Positions 59,687 through 64,000 of a DNA stretch of 64,000 bases are shown piece by piece. Positions within the stretch are counted from its first letter, which is position 1. Every line of letters starts with the position of its first letter. The stretch comes from Promethearchaeia archaeon (GTDB lineage: Archaea > Asgardarchaeota > Lokiarchaeia > Sigyniarchaeales > SOKP01). Below the pieces are notes generated by a model, which was given only the letters and a program-made list of their open reading frames with translations, did no database searches and was not told where the DNA came from. Where the stretch lies: positions 96,001 to 160,000 of the forward strand of contig JAHQWG010000012.1 of assembly GCA_029856045.1 (NCBI GenBank), read 5' to 3'. Both the position numbers and the translations under genes were made by a program.

Positions 59687-62020
59687 ATGACTTTTAGTTT
59701 AGAGTTAGCAAAAGAAAAATTTAAGGACCTTTTTAAATATTCTTTAGACCTAATTTATGTTCATGATTTTAGAGGAAAATTTCTTGATGCAAATGAAATC
59801 ACGTTAGAAAAACTAGGTTATAAAAGGGAAGAAATTAACAATTTAAGTTTCAAGGATTTGATTAGTAAAGATCAATTAACAGTAGCATTTAAGGCATTAA
59901 CAGAAATTAGAGATTTTGGAAAGCAAATAACACCTAGAGAATATAGACTTAAAACGAAAAATGGAGATTTTATTTATGTCGAAACATATGGCATTCCGCT
60001 AAAAGAGGATGGAAAAATTTTTGGAATTTTTGGGATTGCTAGAGATATTACAGAACGGATGATAGCAGAACAAAAATTAAAAGAATCCGAAGAGAAATAT
60101 CGAAGACTTGTTAATAACATAACAGATATAATAATAGAGGAGGACCTCAATAGCAAAATTTTATATCTAAGTCCCAAAATTTTTGAGATTTTGGGTTATC
60201 AACCTCAAGAACTAATTGGATCAAAATTGTATAAATATATTCATCCCAAGGATTTTCCAATGGCTGTGGAAAGAGCAAAAGAATTAGTAAATACTGGGAA
60301 GATTGAAGCACTGCGTTATAGATTACGCCATAAAGATGGACATTATGTTGAAACATCTGCAAAAGGTACTATATATAAAATTAATGGAAAAAACAGATAT
60401 ATTGGTGTAATAAGGGACATCACCGAACAAATAAAAGCAACACAAAAACTAAAAGAATCAGTAGAAAAATATAGAGCAGTAGTCGAACAGGCAAATGACG
60501 GTATCGTGATAATTCAAAATGAGTTATTCAAATATGTAAATCCCAATATTTGTGAAATGTCGGGTTATACTCGTGAAGAGTTAATAGATAATTCATTTAA
60601 AATTATAGTGAATCCCGAAGTAGTTGATGAGGTAGCAGATAGACATACACGTAGAATGGTGGGAGAAGATGTTCTTAAAAAATACGACACTCTACTTATT
60701 AGTAAAGATGGAAAGAGAATTGACGTGTCAGTTAATGTAAGTATTATTATGTATAATGGAAAACCTGCAAATTTAACCATTTTTCATAATATCACTGAAC
60801 GCAAGAAAATGGAGGAGAGATTAAAAGAATCGGAAGAAAAATATCGAGATATACTTGATAATATTGAAGAAGGATATTTTGAACTTGATCTGAATGGTAA
60901 TTTTACTTTTGTAAATGAATATCATAGTAATTTCTTAGGTATTCCAAAAGATGAAATAATAGGAAAAAATTATGCAGATTTTGTAGATCAGAAATATAAA
61001 AAAATGTTATTTAAAATCTTCACTCAAGTTTATAGAGAAGAGGTTCCTAGTGCAACATTTGATGTTGAGGTTACTAGATATGACGGAGTGAAACGAGTAT
61101 ATGAAGGTACTTGTAATTTAAAATTAGATTCTAACGGTAAAAAAATTGGTTTTTACAGTCTAACCCGTGATATCACAGAAAGAAAAAAAATGGAGGCGTT
61201 AAGAGAAAAATTTACAGAGCAATTAAAAATTGAAGTAGGTATGAAAACCAAGGAATTGCAAGAGATAATATCCCAACAAAAATTGTACCTTGAACAAATC
61301 ATAAAAGCCTCACAGTTTAAGACAGAATTTATGGGTTCAATGTCTCATGAGTTAAGAACTCCTCTAAATGCAATTATTGGATTTACTGATTTACTTCTTG
61401 AGAGTTCTTATGGACCAGTAAATGAAGATCAATTCGATTTTCTTAAGGATATTAAATCTTCTGGAGAACACTTGTTATATATGATAGATCAGATTTTAAA
61501 TATTTCAAGAATTGAAGCGGGCGAATTAAATTTAAGATTCCAAGAAATTAACTTAAAAAGTCATATTGCTCAAATAAAGTCATCAATTCAGCCTATGTAT
61601 GAAAAGAAAAAATTAGAATTTGAAATTATTGGGTTAGATACGGATAAAAGTATTTATGCAGATCCAATAAGGTTAAAGGAAATATTTTATAACTTATTAA
61701 CTAATGCCATAAAATTCACTAATAAAGGAAAAATAACACTTAAAATTTTGGACAAAGAAGATCAGTGGGAATTTCAAGTGATTGATACAGGTATAGGGAT
61801 TATGAAGAAAAATTTTGATTTAATCTTTAAGGAATTTAAGAGGGTAGAATCTCCAGAGGTTATTGCTGTTTTGGGAAGTGGGTTAGGATTACCAATAACT
61901 AGAAAATTAGTATATATGCACGGAGGAACAATTTCTTTTACAAGCGAAATAGGTAAAGGTTCAACTTTTATTTTTACTATTCCAAGAAATATAGAGCAAA
62001 AAAATCAAGAATTAGAATAA
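59687..62020 (+). CDS. Cytoplasmic sensor histidine kinase with four PAS/PAC domains
   Basis: Four RDITE-type PAC ends; SHELRTPLNAI H-box, NLLTNAIKF, DTGIG, GSGLGL, GKGSTF. Confidence 0.95.
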   Translation: MTFSLELAKEKFKDLFKYSLDLIYVHDFRGKFLDANEITLEKLGYKREEINNLSFKDLISKDQLTVAFKALTEIRDFGKQITPREYRLKTKNGDFIYVETYGIPLKEDGKIFGIFGIARDITERMIAEQKLKESEEKYRRLVNNITDIIIEEDLNSKILYLSPKIFEILGYQPQELIGSKLYKYIHPKDFPMAVERAKELVNTGKIEALRYRLRHKDGHYVETSAKGTIYKINGKNRYIGVIRDITEQIKATQKLKESVEKYRAVVEQANDGIVIIQNELFKYVNPNICEMSGYTREELIDNSFKIIVNPEVVDEVADRHTRRMVGEDVLKKYDTLLISKDGKRIDVSVNVSIIMYNGKPANLTIFHNITERKKMEERLKESEEKYRDILDNIEEGYFELDLNGNFTFVNEYHSNFLGIPKDEIIGKNYADFVDQKYKKMLFKIFTQVYREEVPSATFDVEVTRYDGVKRVYEGTCNLKLDSNGKKIGFYSLTRDITERKKMEALREKFTEQLKIEVGMKTKELQEIISQQKLYLEQIIKASQFKTEFMGSMSHELRTPLNAIIGFTDLLLESSYGPVNEDQFDFLKDIKSSGEHLLYMIDQILNISRIEAGELNLRFQEINLKSHIAQIKSSIQPMYEKKKLEFEIIGLDTDKSIYADPIRLKEIFYNLLTNAIKFTNKGKITLKILDKEDQWEFQVIDTGIGIMKKNFDLIFKEFKRVESPEVIAVLGSGLGLPITRKLVYMHGGTISFTSEIGKGSTFIFTIPRNIEQKNQELE

Positions 62021-62088
62021 TAATCCTTATATTCTAAATCGGTTTAGTTATAAAAAATAGTTTATATTAGACATAACAGAAACTAAAA

Positions 62089-63189
62089 TTAGATAATATT
62101 AACAATATCCTTGCATTTGGTTTCGCATATTTGCTTACCAATTTTTGCAATTCTAGATACTAACTCTGAAATTTTCCAATGTTCATAATCTTTAACATAA
62201 GTATTAAAGGTATCTTTTAATGGCTCTCTCCACTTTGATTTTATCATTTCTACACCAATTTGAGCTCCAACAATCGCTCCTACATTGCCACAATTACAAT
62301 CTGTGTCCAAACCAAGCATTGCTGCAATACAAATTGAATGTCCAAGGGGATCTTCTTTTGCATTAGCGCCATACAATAATGATAAAATTATAAAACCTGC
62401 ATTAGGTAATACATGAACTCCTGATAATATCTCGTGATTTAAGAATTCCCTCTTTCTTCTAACGTTAGCTTTTTGTACTAATTCTGCTCTTATTATATTC
62501 CAATATTCCATTAATTTCTCTCTTGCTTTTCGAAAATTATTCGTATTTTCATCATATAATTCAATTGCTTTAAAAATCATATCTGTATATCTACTTTCTT
62601 CTCTTAAGGGAAGTAATTTTATTGAATTATGAATATTTTTTCTAATATCTTTTTCAAAAAAAGCATTAGATATTAATGTCGCTACATATACTTCCCCATC
62701 AATACCAATTCCGGTATGTGAAATAGATCCATCAATTTCTGCGTAATATTTAGCCATCCTTGGACAACCAGGACATATTTGCCCCCAAATATCTGCTCTC
62801 ATTTGTGCTCCAATAGCATCATACCAAATATTTTTTGTAATTCCTGATTTGGGTGGATCGATTCCTTTTCTTAAATTTTTTAAAGCTACTCTCTCTGCGG
62901 TGAAATTTTGTTTATAGAGGCGATTCACCCATTCCTTTGTAATATCTTTTGAAGAAATATCAAGTCCATGTTTTTCTAACGCAATAAGAGCACATATTTC
63001 ATACATTTCATCATCATTGACATAATTGACATCAATTGGTTTTAAATAAGAGTCTATTGTTCCATATTTTTGCTTAATGAAATCATAAGGTTTAAACTCA
63101 ATTGGAGCACCAACATGGTCTCCCGCAACTCTACCAATCCAACTGCCTAAAACTCTATTATAATAATTTTCAAATTTTATTTGTTTCAA
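62089..63189 (-). CDS. ADP-ribosylglycohydrolase family protein
   Basis: GDHVGAPIE, VNDD, IGAQMRAD, ISH, GLDTDCNCGNVGAIVG. Confidence 0.9.
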   Translation of the reverse strand: MKQIKFENYYNRVLGSWIGRVAGDHVGAPIEFKPYDFIKQKYGTIDSYLKPIDVNYVNDDEMYEICALIALEKHGLDISSKDITKEWVNRLYKQNFTAERVALKNLRKGIDPPKSGITKNIWYDAIGAQMRADIWGQICPGCPRMAKYYAEIDGSISHTGIGIDGEVYVATLISNAFFEKDIRKNIHNSIKLLPLREESRYTDMIFKAIELYDENTNNFRKAREKLMEYWNIIRAELVQKANVRRKREFLNHEILSGVHVLPNAGFIILSLLYGANAKEDPLGHSICIAAMLGLDTDCNCGNVGAIVGAQIGVEMIKSKWREPLKDTFNTYVKDYEHWKISELVSRIAKIGKQICETKCKDIVNII

Positions 63190-63354
63190 ATTAATAATCT
63201 CGGAAATCTTTAGCTTTTACTAGTTCTTTGTTTTTTTATTTTATATAGATTTCGTGTAAAAATCGCTTTTGAAAAGATTATTATGACCAAGGATGAATTG
63301 TAAGTAAGAACTTATATAAAAAATAGATATAAATTTAGACTTAGCAGTAAAAAT

Positions 63355-63999
63355 TTAAATATTTGTGAGTTCTTTCTCATACTTTTGAACATCAAACAGA
63401 GAAATATCTTTATCAATTATTATTTCTTTTTTAACTCCGAGATAAGCACATGCAAGCTTGGTTGCTGCGACAATTTCTGCCTTTTTCAGAGTAGTAGAAT
63501 ATTCCTCATCTCCATATTGATTTGCTCTCTCTCTTTTCATTCCATATAGAAGAGATGCAATCTTATCAGCTACTTTGAAAGATAATTGATTTTTTACAAC
63601 GATTCGGGTAATATTATTTATATCAAAATAGTTTAGGTTTTCATGTTTCGCTCGAATATAACCTTTTAAATTATCTGAATTTCTTTCACATTCTATACCA
63701 GTCCAATCGAACAATGATAATTGCCTTCTGAAATATATCATCTCCCAATTAATTCCAAGCTCTTGAAGGAATTGATATAATAACTCGTCATCAAATTTTT
63801 TTGCCTCAATTATAATATAAAGCTGTATGCCGTAGTATTTATGAACTTCCTGTAAATAATATCCTCTCTGTTGCATGCTCGATAATAATTTTAATTTAAT
63901 TGATGAAATATTAGGGGAAAGATTCTTTTTTTGGCAACTTAAATATATAACGTTTCCTTCCTCATTTATATACTCTCTATTTAAAAAGCCAATAATACT
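63355..63999 (-). CDS. Hypothetical protein, partial (frame stays open to the window end)
   Basis: Frame upstream of ATG 63876 has no stop: SIIGFLNREYINEEGNVIYLSCQKK...LSSMQQRG. Confidence 0.7.
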   Translation of the reverse strand, partial: SIIGFLNREYINEEGNVIYLSCQKKNLSPNISSIKLKLLSSMQQRGYYLQEVHKYYGIQLYIIIEAKKFDDELLYQFLQELGINWEMIYFRRQLSLFDWTGIECERNSDNLKGYIRAKHENLNYFDINNITRIVVKNQLSFKVADKIASLLYGMKRERANQYGDEEYSTTLKKAEIVAATKLACAYLGVKKEIIIDKDISLFDVQKYEKELTNI

Positions 64000-64000
64000 T

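Overview
Very AT-rich archaeal chromosome segment, most consistent with an Asgard archaeon (Lokiarchaeia-like). The lineage call rests on Rab- and Arf-type small GTPases, longin-, roadblock- and V4R-like domains, a vWA-RING protein, proteasome alpha, CdhA and a three-gene RFC locus. Layout: (i) 1.9-17 kb alpha-glucan/glycogen cluster (two GH57 enzymes, NDP-sugar pyrophosphorylase, GalT-like enzyme, degenerate PGM/PMM, maltokinase), interrupted by a three-gene dikinase/CAAX-protease/beta-barrel block; (ii) 18-35 kb regulators and eukaryotic-signature genes with three small GTPases; (iii) 35-64 kb UPF0182, a 1562-aa repeat protein, RFC x3, pyruvate kinase, radical SAM enzyme and PAS histidine kinase. 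Features missed by the ORF track: a tRNA-Arg(GCG) with two non-canonical introns, two ribbon-helix-helix (RHH) genes that can only start at ATT/ATA-type codons, a 26-codon uORF that duplicates the N-terminus of one RHH gene with only third-codon-position differences, and a 42-aa basic ORF with its own candidate promoter. All domain calls come from motif recognition by eye, not database searches. No CRISPR array, rRNA, transposase or integrase was seen.
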